From IMG/VR virus record IMGVR_UViG_3300036770_006434, positions 126,672 to 190,671 of that record: a DNA stretch of 64,000 nt; one strand, written 5' to 3'. Positions 30,536 to 39,900 of this stretch are shown here, piece after piece (the stretch's first letter is position 1; the number at the start of each line of letters is the position of its first letter). This DNA comes from a virus. Position numbers and translations under genes: made by a program. Below the pieces are notes generated by a model that worked only from the letters and a program-made list of their open reading frames with translations, did not search any database and was not told where the DNA came from.

Positions 30536-31518
30536 AGGGAAACTGGGTCAGGTCTTTCAAAGGACAGTCTCTTCAAATCGTATTCACCCTGCAAATCCAC
30601 GGACTTCACTGCGTCTCCTGCCGCGAGCAGTTTGACCACAGCCATAGATGATTCATCCCTGTTTTTCACGAACAGCGCCTGAAAGGAGGTCGGGAAACGG
30701 TGGAGCAAATCGCGCAGATTGTGAAAGATGTGTTCTGGCGTGACACGGATGTGTCCGAATTGCCGCTTCAGGTATGGGATAGAGTTGTAGGCGAGCGCGT
30801 CGGACAGCGGTTGTTCTACCAACATGATTATGTAGGCACCGGTTTCCTGCGCCCGCTCCAGCTCGCGAACGAAGCGGGACAGATTGGAGTCGCCGGCCCG
30901 GGTCTCTCTGTCCGACAAGGTGCCTAAAAAATCCGACAGGTTCTTTCTTTCGATGTAGATGCCGATATCACGGTCCGGGGGCAGCCCGTAGTCGCCGCAG
31001 ACCAGTCTTTCCGATACAGTGGGGACTGGCAAATCCAGCGGTTTCTGTTCCCGCGTGTCCATAATGACCTTGGCGGGCATAGCACCGCTTTCCGGCAAGC
31101 CACCGCCAAACAGCGGGGTATATCCAAGAGACTTGCAGATGGCACCGTATCCTTCCGGGAAGGCGGCCTCATAATAGGCGAGGCTGGGACACAGAAGGGA
31201 ACGTAGCTCGACTTGGGTAGGCGAATAAACCAACCCCTTCTCCTCTTTTCTTTTACGCAACCAGTCCAAAGCCCATTTTTTGCCCTCTTCCGGGCACGTT
31301 TTCAACCACTTCTTCAGCCCGTTTTTATTCAGGAACTCCCGCTTCACATACTCGGCGGCGGGAGCCTTGAACGGGATTTTCTCACCTGTCCCCTTGTCAA
31401 AAACCGGCGCGTGTTCCGTATAGTAGACCTCCTGAGTGATCTTGAGTTTCCTCAGATGCTTGTGAAGGGTATCCAGATTCTCGTGCTCTGTTCCGTCTAT
31501 GGCGCAAATGATGGGCAT
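30532..31518 (-). CDS. ERCC4 (XPF/Mus81-type) nuclease with N-terminal zinc-finger-like domain
   Basis: IMDTREQKP...GDYG...IYIERKNLSDFLGTL ERCC4 motif; N-terminal CAIDG...LHKHLRK; ATGA overlap with terL. Confidence 0.8.
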   Translation of the reverse strand: MPIICAIDGTEHENLDTLHKHLRKLKITQEVYYTEHAPVFDKGTGEKIPFKAPAAEYVKREFLNKNGLKKWLKTCPEEGKKWALDWLRKRKEEKGLVYSPTQVELRSLLCPSLAYYEAAFPEGYGAICKSLGYTPLFGGGLPESGAMPAKVIMDTREQKPLDLPVPTVSERLVCGDYGLPPDRDIGIYIERKNLSDFLGTLSDRETRAGDSNLSRFVRELERAQETGAYIIMLVEQPLSDALAYNSIPYLKRQFGHIRVTPEHIFHNLRDLLHRFPTSFQALFVKNRDESSMAVVKLLAAGDAVKSVDLQGEYDLKRLSFERPDPVSL

Positions 31519-32609
31519 CAGTGAATGATGGTATTCGGGTCAATTCCCCACAGCTCGCCGCGAAGACTGTCCATGGTGCTAAAACGCTCAACCTCCTGTT
31601 TAAGGGCGGTCTGCTGCTTTTTCTCGACCAGTTTGATGATTCGGTTCCTGTCCTCTTTCCTCTTCCAAGCCTGCACCAACGGATGCATGGACGAGGAGCC
31701 GGCAATTCTTTCATTGATCATCTTGAATCGCTCCCCGGTCAGGGTCTTGATAAGGGAGTTGATCTGCTTCAAGTGTTCAGTGGCCTTCTCCTTGGTGGCG
31801 TTAAGGGCATCCACTTCCGGCTTGCTCAGTTTCTTCGTATCATCTTCCAGACTGATGGTGAAACGCTCGTCCAGTTTTCTCACGAGTCTGTCGGCAATGT
31901 TTCTTTGCGAGGTAAGACTGGCCAATTGGATGTATTGGATCACATGCTCGGCCGAAAGGTCCGGCTTGTCCCAACAGGTGGAGATAAAGACCGACTCAAA
32001 CACTTCTCGGTCCAGCCTTTTCACGAACTTGTCCGCTTCCACCTTGAATACAGGCAGCTGCATATAGGACATGAGAGCGTCAAGTCCCTTCTTTTCTTCG
32101 GCCGACAATTCTCCGTCATGGAACAACTTCTTCCCATCCGCTCGCGCCTGAATCTTGTATTCGTTCAACCTGCCGGCCAGAGCCACGATGCTGCGAGGCG
32201 GCGCATACTCTTCGGCCAAATCATCTTCCTTGCGATACCCCGGCTCTATCTGGCGGATATGCGACAAAACGAGCTGGGACTCAAAGCTGGCACCGTTCAG
32301 GCGCGGGTTTGAAAACAGAATTCTCGCTATTTCCGTAGGGTTGGAACTCTTATACGCGTTTCCGATAAACTCCTTCTGCTCATCGGTCAAGCTGGCGGTT
32401 TCCGGCAGCGGCGGAGGTGCCTTCTGTTTGCCGTTCATTTCAGCTATATACAGGCGGATGGCCTTCCATTCAACGGACCGCTGGTCAAGCGACTCTTTAT
32501 CGGGGAAGACCATGCCCAAAAGGGTGTTGGGGTCCAGTCGGAAATTCTGTTCTATCAGTTCCTTCTGGGCTTCGTCCAGTTTTGGGAGGGGTTTCGCTAC
32601 TTTTGGCAT
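31518..32609 (-). CDS. Hypothetical DNA-binding protein, terminase small subunit candidate
   Basis: Two tandem HTH-like repeats (EAQKELIEQN..., DEQKEFIGNA...) then coiled coil; upstream of terL. Confidence 0.5.
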   Translation of the reverse strand: MPKVAKPLPKLDEAQKELIEQNFRLDPNTLLGMVFPDKESLDQRSVEWKAIRLYIAEMNGKQKAPPPLPETASLTDEQKEFIGNAYKSSNPTEIARILFSNPRLNGASFESQLVLSHIRQIEPGYRKEDDLAEEYAPPRSIVALAGRLNEYKIQARADGKKLFHDGELSAEEKKGLDALMSYMQLPVFKVEADKFVKRLDREVFESVFISTCWDKPDLSAEHVIQYIQLASLTSQRNIADRLVRKLDERFTISLEDDTKKLSKPEVDALNATKEKATEHLKQINSLIKTLTGERFKMINERIAGSSSMHPLVQAWKRKEDRNRIIKLVEKKQQTALKQEVERFSTMDSLRGELWGIDPNTIIH

Positions 32610-32615
32610 ATTGTG

Positions 32616-33383
32616 TTACAGTTCTTGGACCAGACCCTCTTCTTCTATAATCTCTTTGGCCATAAGCACAAACTTTTTCTTGGCCGTCAGGATAATCTGA
32701 TATCCGGGGTAGAGGTTCTTTTTGCCGGTCTTCTTCTTTTTGAAGCCCATAGCCTTGGCCACTTCCCGCTCGGACAATCCCTTTATGATAAGCAGTTTAT
32801 ACATCTTCCATTCTGCGCGACCCAGCTTACCCTTCATCTTTTTGTCTATCACGCTCTTTTTCTCCTCTATATTCACGAAATCGCCCTGCATATTCTGGGC
32901 TTCCGCCGCGTGCTTGGGCGTATCCAAGGACAGAGTCATTTTGATGGCGTGCAAATCCTTCTTCTTCTCTTCCCAGTTCTTGTATGCCGGGCATTCCGAG
33001 CACTGAAAGCCAGAAGGGGTCTTGCTGCACTGGTCATTGCCCATGTTGAAAACGCAGCCGCCGTTACCCGTGATGCAGGGGCGGGAAAAACTGCTGAGAT
33101 TGTCACGCCAGATATTGCGAAGAGCGTAAGTGATGACCTTATTCACCCACCTGCGGAACTCGACGGGTTTGCCGCCGATCACTTTGAGCGGGTCAAACAT
33201 GTGATACTTGTTGTTTACGTGGATAACCACTTTTTGGCGGATATCCTCCCACTCCAAAGTGGCCAGATCGAAGTTCCTGCGTCTCTTATCTATCCAGTAA
33301 ACGATTTCTTCGTATCTTTGCTCAAAGGAGAGGGCGGACCTCGCGGTTTCGGCGTAGACTGCTTCCAGCTGTTTGTTGGCCAT
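32616..33383 (-). CDS. Phage sigma70-family (ECF-like) factor with Cys-rich insertion
   Basis: Region-2-like WEDIRQKV...YHMFDP...FRRWVNKVITYALRNIWRD; five-Cys segment; region-4 HTH GLSEREVAKAMGF. Confidence 0.75.
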   Translation of the reverse strand: MANKQLEAVYAETARSALSFEQRYEEIVYWIDKRRRNFDLATLEWEDIRQKVVIHVNNKYHMFDPLKVIGGKPVEFRRWVNKVITYALRNIWRDNLSSFSRPCITGNGGCVFNMGNDQCSKTPSGFQCSECPAYKNWEEKKKDLHAIKMTLSLDTPKHAAEAQNMQGDFVNIEEKKSVIDKKMKGKLGRAEWKMYKLLIIKGLSEREVAKAMGFKKKKTGKKNLYPGYQIILTAKKKFVLMAKEIIEEEGLVQEL

Positions 33384-33387
33384 GTTT

Positions 33388-33777
33388 TTAGGAGCCCTGT
33401 TTAAGCATCTCTTGCACAAGGGACGCGGCGGATATTGGAGTGTTCCGGCCGCCGGGCGAATTTGAAGAGCGCAGATCGACCCCGCCGATAGCCCCGTTCT
33501 CGCGCACATCCTTGATAGTCGGGATTTTGCCGTCAAACTGGTCGCGGTTCAGGACAATATCCATGCCGCCGAAGGAGCCCTCTTCAATGGCGTGAACCAC
33601 CTCTTGGGACTCGGATTCCCAGCTGTAGACACCGGGTTTTGCGGCGGTTTTGACGGGGCCGGCGGCCGGAATATGGATAGGCTTGACTTCCATGGGTCCG
33701 TTACAGGACGGGCACTTGGCGGGTTTTGAGCTGCTATACGTGACCTTGTGGCCGGAGGGGCAATAAGAGGTGGGCAT
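33388..33777 (-). CDS. Zinc-ribbon hypothetical protein
   Basis: N-terminal CPSGH...CPSCNG; C-terminal CxxC. Confidence 0.65.
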   Translation of the reverse strand: MPTSYCPSGHKVTYSSSKPAKCPSCNGPMEVKPIHIPAAGPVKTAAKPGVYSWESESQEVVHAIEEGSFGGMDIVLNRDQFDGKIPTIKDVRENGAIGGVDLRSSNSPGGRNTPISAASLVQEMLKQGS

Positions 33778-33809
33778 GATGTCAGATAACGAGGTTGGTG
33801 TTGAAAGTG

Positions 33810-34904
33810 TTATGGATTCGGCTTGCCGGGAAGCATATCGTATGCGGCAAGTTTGCTGTCTATGTGTTTTTCTATCGACGGGTCCCGGGCGGTAGTCAGT
33901 TTGCCGCCGGCCGTCTTGCGATACTTGGACAGGCGGTCGGTCACAGCGGGTTTAATCTGGTTTTCCCAGACTTCCGGGGCGGACTCCTTCACGTCCTGTG
34001 TGGCCAAGACCAAGGCGTCCGCGACCTTCTCTTCTTTTCTGTATTTGATGGCGACCCAGACCACGATTCCGGCCAAGATTGCGCCGACAGCGGCCATAAT
34101 CATCCAGCCTTCAATGAACGGCAGACTAGCGGCGACCCCACCAAATACTACAGCGGCGATTCCCAGTTCTTGCTTGAAGACCGGCGAGAATATGGCCCCG
34201 GCCACGCAGAGAGCGGCTATAATCCCGGCTCCCCATGACAGTTTGGCAATCTGCGCGTCCCGGCGGGCGATAGAGGCGGACTTGTCCTCTGCCGCCGCCA
34301 CGATTTCGTTCTGCAACGCGATAATCTCGGACTGTTTCTCGTCCAGTTTCGCTGCAAACTCCCGTTCCTGTGACTTCCTGCGTTCCTCTAGCGCGCTCAA
34401 CTCCCGCTGGAACTGTTCCGTGGCCTCGGCAAGCGCCTCATTTTGCGCCAGAGCCGCGATATGATTCTTCTGTAACTGTTCAAGCGACGTTCTGGTCTCA
34501 TCCAGTTCGGCTGCTACCCTATCGTTCATAGCCTTCATCGCTTCATAGGTCGGCTGGACCCCAAGAGCGGCCCAACCCTCCAAAGCGAGGTTATGGGTGA
34601 TCAAATCCGTTCTGGTCGGCGTCACAATAGACTTGAACACAAGGTCCTGCCCGGCAAACGCCGCTGCTGCCGCCTGTTTTTGCGCCAGATTACTGGACAG
34701 TAACTGCGCCGTTTTGGTTTCTGCCTCCTGACGAAGGGCGGCCATCTTGGTGTCATGCTCCACCCGAAGAGCCGCCACTTCCCGCTCCTTTTGACCCTTG
34801 GTCACAAGTAGACCGGACAAGGGGTTGGTATTACACCCCGTCCAGCCGGACCCCACGAATAGAGTCGCGACCAGAAGGAACAGGATGCGGCAGTGGCGGC
34901 GCAT
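33810..34904 (-). CDS. Lipoprotein with periplasmic coiled coil and three C-terminal TM helices (unimolecular spanin candidate)
   Basis: Basic n-region, hydrophobic h-region, WTG-C24 lipobox-like site; about 200-aa heptad region; TMs at about aa 222-243, 247-264, 267-286; basic C-tail. Confidence 0.6.
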   Translation of the reverse strand: MRRHCRILFLLVATLFVGSGWTGCNTNPLSGLLVTKGQKEREVAALRVEHDTKMAALRQEAETKTAQLLSSNLAQKQAAAAAFAGQDLVFKSIVTPTRTDLITHNLALEGWAALGVQPTYEAMKAMNDRVAAELDETRTSLEQLQKNHIAALAQNEALAEATEQFQRELSALEERRKSQEREFAAKLDEKQSEIIALQNEIVAAAEDKSASIARRDAQIAKLSWGAGIIAALCVAGAIFSPVFKQELGIAAVVFGGVAASLPFIEGWMIMAAVGAILAGIVVWVAIKYRKEEKVADALVLATQDVKESAPEVWENQIKPAVTDRLSKYRKTAGGKLTTARDPSIEKHIDSKLAAYDMLPGKPNP

Positions 34905-34913
34905 AAACCCGGA

Positions 34914-35354
34914 TTATTCCTCCCGAATCAGCGGCGACAGAATGGCCAGAATCGTGGTAGGGATTTGATTCTCTTCCAGATTCAGGTCCTTCAGGTCAAC
35001 CGTGAGCAGGCCGGTAACCTCGACCTTCTGATCAAGGGCTTCCGTCAGTTCCTTGTTCAGGCGGGCAATGGCCTCGGTATCATCCGGTTTGATTGAGCCC
35101 TTGCCGCCGGAAATTTCATTGATAATAGCGTCACGGGCCTTGGTGAAGTCCTCCTGATGCTGACGGAGCTTGGACGTGATCTTGGTCAGATTCCAGCGGG
35201 CCTTGCCACCAAATTTGTAGGGCACGGTCACGGCCTTTTGGGATTCGCCCTGACCGACCACGACGGTTTGACCGTCCAGATTAGTGACAGCGGTGAAGAG
35301 TTCGTTCAGTTCGCGGACGGTGAAGGTCCGGATGTTGGTATTGGTATCAGGCAT
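34914..35354 (-). CDS. Hypothetical protein of the type found downstream of tail fibres
   Basis: 146-aa helical ORF (YKFGGKARWNLTK...ARDAIINE...VEV...DL). Confidence 0.6.
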   Translation of the reverse strand: MPDTNTNIRTFTVRELNELFTAVTNLDGQTVVVGQGESQKAVTVPYKFGGKARWNLTKITSKLRQHQEDFTKARDAIINEISGGKGSIKPDDTEAIARLNKELTEALDQKVEVTGLLTVDLKDLNLEENQIPTTILAILSPLIREE

Positions 35355-35551
35355 GTTCTCTAGGTGTGTTTATAGGTTGTTGAAACGGGTCTATTCCCGT
35401 CTCATATATCCCATTATAGGAGTCTTATGGATATGGTCAAGCAGGTTTTTGAGACTTATTCTCAGTTATTTTTACAACAGGTTTGCCCGGCTACCTTGCG
35501 GCGGCCGGGCGCGGTGGGTAAAACCCACGGAACAGATTGACAGACAGGGGG

Positions 35552-35803
35552 TTAGGGAATAATCGGAGTGAGTCCGATGTTTTCCGCCACACACTGCGCG
35601 ACGAACTCGTCATCACCTGTCCACGCTTCATATTGCTCTGTGGTCAGAGTGTTGCGGGCGGGGACGGAAACGAGGTTGCCGTCAGCGTCCAGCAGGGCAT
35701 ACTGGAAATTGGCGGACTGACCAAGGGTAACGTGGCCGTCGTCTACCCGGAGTTGGGTAGCGGGGGATGGGAATGCTTCACGGGGTTCGATTTGGATGAT
35801 CAT
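35552..35803 (-). CDS. Putative tail fibre assembly protein
   Basis: 83-aa ORF directly after the fibre gene, ending QYEAWTGDDEFVAQCVAENIGLT. Confidence 0.55.
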   Translation of the reverse strand: MIIQIEPREAFPSPATQLRVDDGHVTLGQSANFQYALLDADGNLVSVPARNTLTTEQYEAWTGDDEFVAQCVAENIGLTPIIP

Positions 35804-35844
35804 AAGGTTGGGTTTGGTTGAGTTGAGGGATGCTAAACGAGGGG

Positions 35845-37611
35845 TTACGTAGCCGAAGTGAAGTTCGTCCAAGTCGTCGCGCCGTCCGTATTCACATACA
35901 GGCGGCTAGTGGTGCCGGCACCGTCAGAGCGGAGATAAATCGAGCCTTGTGCCGCCGAGACCGAGGGTGCACCGGAGCCGTAGTATATCCCGAAGCCGGC
36001 GGTTGTGCCGAAGAGGAGGCGGGCGGAGGTGGAGCCGCCGGCAGGGGTGGCGGTGGCGGATGCTAATGTCGCGACGCCTGTCAAATTGAATCCACCCGCG
36101 TAAGAAAACGTAGCGAGTGTCGTAGGAGTGGAGCTGTCATTTAACGCATAAGCAATCGTAAGGGGGAGGCCGCCGTTACCGTCGCCGAGGAGAATCATCT
36201 GTCTTCCGCTTGGGCCAGCGACTAGCCGCAGCACAGCGGCATTGGAAGTAGCACCGTATAGGGAATTACCCGACGAGTTGGCCCGCAGGGAGGCTTCGTT
36301 ATTTCCGTATGCGGCGCCGTTAGCCAGCGCACGGATATTGGAAGAAGTAGATTGGTTATCCTGCGTGAATATACCAGACACATTCATCGCGCCCCCCGCA
36401 TACACCGCCCCCGCGATACCCACGCCTCCAGAAACTTGGAAAGCACCAGTCGTTGTGCTCGTGCTCGCCGTGGTGCCGAACACCTTGAGCCCGCCGCTGC
36501 CGCTGATATCATTATTGCCACCCCAGAGAAAATTCCCGGTTGTGGTCATCACTCCTTTTTCAGTGCTATTGAAAAAATAAAGGTTGTTCCGTATCTGCGA
36601 GGTCCCGGAAGTGGAGCCACCGATGGCGACATACCAGCTGGTCCCGGCTGCATTAGTCAGCTGAAGATTCGCCGATTTGACGTTATCGCCAGTAGTCGCG
36701 ACTTTGAAAAGGGCATCTTGGCCGGTGGGGGCGTTGAACGTGCCGATTCCTCCGGTGCCTTGACCGAGGACCAGACTCGCGCCCGATGACCCGCCGGCCA
36801 GAGTCAGGTTGGTCGCGGAGGCGGCGGTGATGGAGGAGGCGGAACCGAGGGTGATGGCTCCGGCTGACGAGGTGGTGATGGAATTCACCCCGTTGACTTG
36901 GATATTTACTGCGTTCGCGCCGTTGCTGGTAAGGGTAAGAGTGCTCTGTCCGATTACGCGGCCATTCACTTGAACGTTCGTGCCTTGGAACGTAGCGTTG
37001 CCTACGACATCGAGAAGCCCCCCAATATAAGCCGCCCCCGCAATCCCAACCCCACCGCTGACGACTAGGGCGCCGGTGGTGGTGTTGGTCGCGGCGGTGG
37101 TGGAGGCGATACTGACCGCGCCGTTAGACCCGGCAATACGCATAGCTTCCGTGCCACTATTGCGGCGGAAGATCATGTTGCCGTTGGCGTTTTGGTCTAC
37201 GGCAATGAACACATCACCGCCAAAGGCAGAAAATGAGCCTATGGATGTGCCGGCTGTTAAAACCCGGAGAATCGGAAGACTGGCGTGGTCGGCTGCGATG
37301 GTCCCGCCCGACGCCGTAACAGTGCCCGCAAACGTCGCGGCCAACGTGCTGTTCGCCAACGTCAGAGCCGTGCCCCCGGTCCCCAAGGCCAGCACCAGAT
37401 TCTGCCCCGCTACAGAGGTAACGGAATTGATGGAGGTCAGCGTCGAAGACAGCGACAAAGTCCCGGCCGAAAGCGAGAGGTTGGACTGTAGAGTGGTAGT
37501 AGAAACGACGCCGGACGCATCCAGCCGCGCCAATGAGGAGGTCGTGGCACTAAGAGTGGTGGTGCCCGCGACACTTAACGCGGTCGGTATGGAAAAATTT
37601 ATCGTAGCCAT
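35845..37611 (-). CDS. Tail fibre protein
   Basis: 588 aa Ser/Thr/Gly/Ala-rich; repeated TTTGALVVSGGVGIAGA / TTTGAFQVSGGVGIAGA; C-terminal GSGAPSVSAAQGSIYLRSDG. Confidence 0.8.
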   Translation of the reverse strand: MATINFSIPTALSVAGTTTLSATTSSLARLDASGVVSTTTLQSNLSLSAGTLSLSSTLTSINSVTSVAGQNLVLALGTGGTALTLANSTLAATFAGTVTASGGTIAADHASLPILRVLTAGTSIGSFSAFGGDVFIAVDQNANGNMIFRRNSGTEAMRIAGSNGAVSIASTTAATNTTTGALVVSGGVGIAGAAYIGGLLDVVGNATFQGTNVQVNGRVIGQSTLTLTSNGANAVNIQVNGVNSITTSSAGAITLGSASSITAASATNLTLAGGSSGASLVLGQGTGGIGTFNAPTGQDALFKVATTGDNVKSANLQLTNAAGTSWYVAIGGSTSGTSQIRNNLYFFNSTEKGVMTTTGNFLWGGNNDISGSGGLKVFGTTASTSTTTGAFQVSGGVGIAGAVYAGGAMNVSGIFTQDNQSTSSNIRALANGAAYGNNEASLRANSSGNSLYGATSNAAVLRLVAGPSGRQMILLGDGNGGLPLTIAYALNDSSTPTTLATFSYAGGFNLTGVATLASATATPAGGSTSARLLFGTTAGFGIYYGSGAPSVSAAQGSIYLRSDGAGTTSRLYVNTDGATTWTNFTSAT

Positions 37612-37725
37612 GGGATTCGTGTAAAATGAATTGACCTTACCTGCGGCCAGACCTTGCGATGTGGTCGCCTATGTAGTTACACGTATTCCAGCTGGGGTTT
37701 GACCGCTATTTTGGGGAGACGGGCT

Positions 37726-37965
37726 TTACTTCTGGTAAAACACGACTACATTGCTCCCGGTCGCGCCGACATTCAAAAGGACCGGAGTCCCAATATGGCT
37801 CTCGATCTGTGTGGGAGCCCAAATCGGCGCGGACCCATTCACCACAGCTGCCCCTGAAACCACTGTGACAGAGAAGGTTACGGCACCAGCCGGAATCTGG
37901 GTCTGCCCGGCGGTTACGACGGCAAAATAAGGAGTAACAGGGTTGTAATCGGATGCAAAGGGCAT
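37726..37965 (-). CDS. Small beta-rich hypothetical protein
   Basis: 79-aa ORF preceded by a GTGTAAC motif. Confidence 0.6.
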   Translation of the reverse strand: MPFASDYNPVTPYFAVVTAGQTQIPAGAVTFSVTVVSGAAVVNGSAPIWAPTQIESHIGTPVLLNVGATGSNVVVFYQK

Positions 37966-38042
37966 GGGTGTAAAATGGAAGAGGTGGAAAAGACTGTATT
38001 CTCACCACTGGTTACACCTATATCCGATGGATTTTTATGTCA

Positions 38043-38843
38043 TTATTTGGGTGGAAACATGGGCTCGTTTTTGACGGAGGCCATTTCTTTCCGTTCAAAT
38101 CTTTCCACGATATATTTCACGATCTTGGACCGGACAATGTCGTCTTTTGTGAAGGAGAAGCAGTGGATTCCATTCTCCCGGCTCTCTTCATCATTGAACA
38201 TGTCAAAAGTCTTTTGGAAAGCGGACTTGGAACCGATATCGGACTGGCTAGGATCGCCGCAAATCACGATTTTTGAGAACTGGCCGACACGGGTGAGAAT
38301 TGTCAATAATTCCTCGCGAGTTTCGTTCTGGCTTTCGTCTGAAATTATGAACTTAGCGTTAAACGAAGCGCCTCTCAGGAAATTAACGGGAATACCCTCA
38401 ATCCTGTTCTCCTTAACCAGTCTATCTACCTCACATTTCGGCAGCATTTCCTCCATTTTATCGTGAAGTGGTCGAGTGTAAGGCTCCATCTTCATGCCAG
38501 CCTCTCCGGGTAGGTAGCCAAGAGACCTAGACGCGCTTTCTACGACAGAGCGGATATACAGGATATCGGAAACCGCACGTTTCTGCATCAGCATAAGACC
38601 AGCTAATACCGAGACATAGGTTTTGGACGTGCCGGCGGGACCCGAAAGGAAGACTACCTTTGTATTTTTATCCAGAATCAGGTGTATCAACTCCTTCTGC
38701 TTGTCCGTTAAATCCGCTCTTTGGGATATGGAGAGGTCAAATCCGATTTTGTCCCTCTGCGGGACTTTGGTGGATTTATCCGTTGCTGCGCCGCTATTCC
38801 CGCTTGCCTGCGGGACCGCCTTACGAGCCTTTTTCTTGGACAT
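38043..38843 (-). CDS. phoH: PhoH-family ATPase
   Basis: GPAGTSKT P-loop, RSVVESASRSLGYLPG, PVNFLRGASF, DESQN, KIVICGDPSQSD, DIVRS. Confidence 0.95.
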   Translation of the reverse strand: MSKKKARKAVPQASGNSGAATDKSTKVPQRDKIGFDLSISQRADLTDKQKELIHLILDKNTKVVFLSGPAGTSKTYVSVLAGLMLMQKRAVSDILYIRSVVESASRSLGYLPGEAGMKMEPYTRPLHDKMEEMLPKCEVDRLVKENRIEGIPVNFLRGASFNAKFIISDESQNETREELLTILTRVGQFSKIVICGDPSQSDIGSKSAFQKTFDMFNDEESRENGIHCFSFTKDDIVRSKIVKYIVERFERKEMASVKNEPMFPPK

Positions 38844-39030
38844 AGAGGATTGGTATATGATTTGCGGCGCTTTTTTCTACAGACCGGAGGTCTGCAAAGA
38901 CTTCGCCACGCCCAAGGTTACACTTGATTCCTGACCCTTCTTGGAAAAACATGTGACAGTATGGAAAACGCTTGACTCCTGTCCCAATTGGGGTAAAAAG
39001 GGTAATCACACTGTTTTTCAACCCTATTAC

Positions 39031-39474
39031 ATGAGTTCTATCTCCTCCGGTTCTCCCGGTTTCGTCTATATCGCGACTTCCTCTACCCTTTCGGCGGCCG
39101 GTCTCCTGAAAATCGGGGCTACCACCCATGACCCGGACCTGAGAATGAAACAGTTGTCGGCCTCCACATCCTCTCCCACTCCCTTTTTTGTGGCCTACTC
39201 CCGGCGGGTGCCAGACGTGAATCTGGCGGAGCGGGAGTTGCATGAATTCTTTGAGGATCGCCGCGTCAATGAAGGGCGCGAATTCTTTCAGGTCACATTA
39301 TACGAGGCGGCCATAACTTTGGACCGCTTGGTGGGCGGAATGCCGGAATTGGTGGACCAGCCGGAAACACCTTTTTCAGAGCTGTTTGCATCTTTCCCCG
39401 ATGACGGGACCGGTCGCGAGCTGACGGAATTCGAGGCGGCTCAATGTCGCGAACTGGCCGCAAAAACGCGCTAA
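39031..39474 (+). CDS. T5orf172 / GIY-YIG-like domain protein
   Basis: GFVYIA...LKIGATT...RMKQL...AERELH...RVNEGREFF; start at 39031 is chosen, ORF extends upstream to 38941. Confidence 0.85.
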   Translation: MSSISSGSPGFVYIATSSTLSAAGLLKIGATTHDPDLRMKQLSASTSSPTPFFVAYSRRVPDVNLAERELHEFFEDRRVNEGREFFQVTLYEAAITLDRLVGGMPELVDQPETPFSELFASFPDDGTGRELTEFEAAQCRELAAKTR

Positions 39475-39528
39475 CCCGGCGGAATCCGCTGAATTAGCGC
39501 GAAAATGGGCGAAATCTTTTTGCCCGTC

Positions 39529-39900
39529 TTACTTGATTTCAATCCTCTTGGGTAGCGCTGTTTCCGGCTGGAACGCGGTAACAGTCAGGATGCCATCCTC
39601 CAGTTTGGCCTCAATCCTTCCGGTGTCAATCTCCGGCACATAAAATGTCTTGGACGCCTTGCCGCGCTTCTGGTTTTCGGCAGTCACCGTGATCTGGCTA
39701 TCCGCAGCCTCCACGGAAATGTCCTCTTTCCGGTAACCGGCGACATTGATGTCAATCTGATAGACGCCCTCCTTCTCGTTATAGGTCAGCCCCGTTTGGC
39801 TGCCGGCCAGCTCGCCGAACAGGTCGGAGAAAAAGCTGTCATAGCCGCGAGTAGTCTGCGGGCGGGAGAAGAGACTGAGCGGGTAGTTCTTGATAATCAT
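39529..39900 (-). CDS. Small heat shock protein (Hsp20 / alpha-crystallin)
   Basis: YQIDINVAGYRKEDISV...ITVTAE...FYVPEIDTGRIEAKLEDGILTV. Confidence 0.9.
   Translation of the reverse strand: MIIKNYPLSLFSRPQTTRGYDSFFSDLFGELAGSQTGLTYNEKEGVYQIDINVAGYRKEDISVEAADSQITVTAENQKRGKASKTFYVPEIDTGRIEAKLEDGILTVTAFQPETALPKRIEIK

Noticed and set aside
11491-37611. Diversity-generating retroelement targeting a fibre gene
   Set aside because: No reverse transcriptase and no template/variable repeat pair differing at adenines was seen; a self-alignment would be needed to exclude it fully
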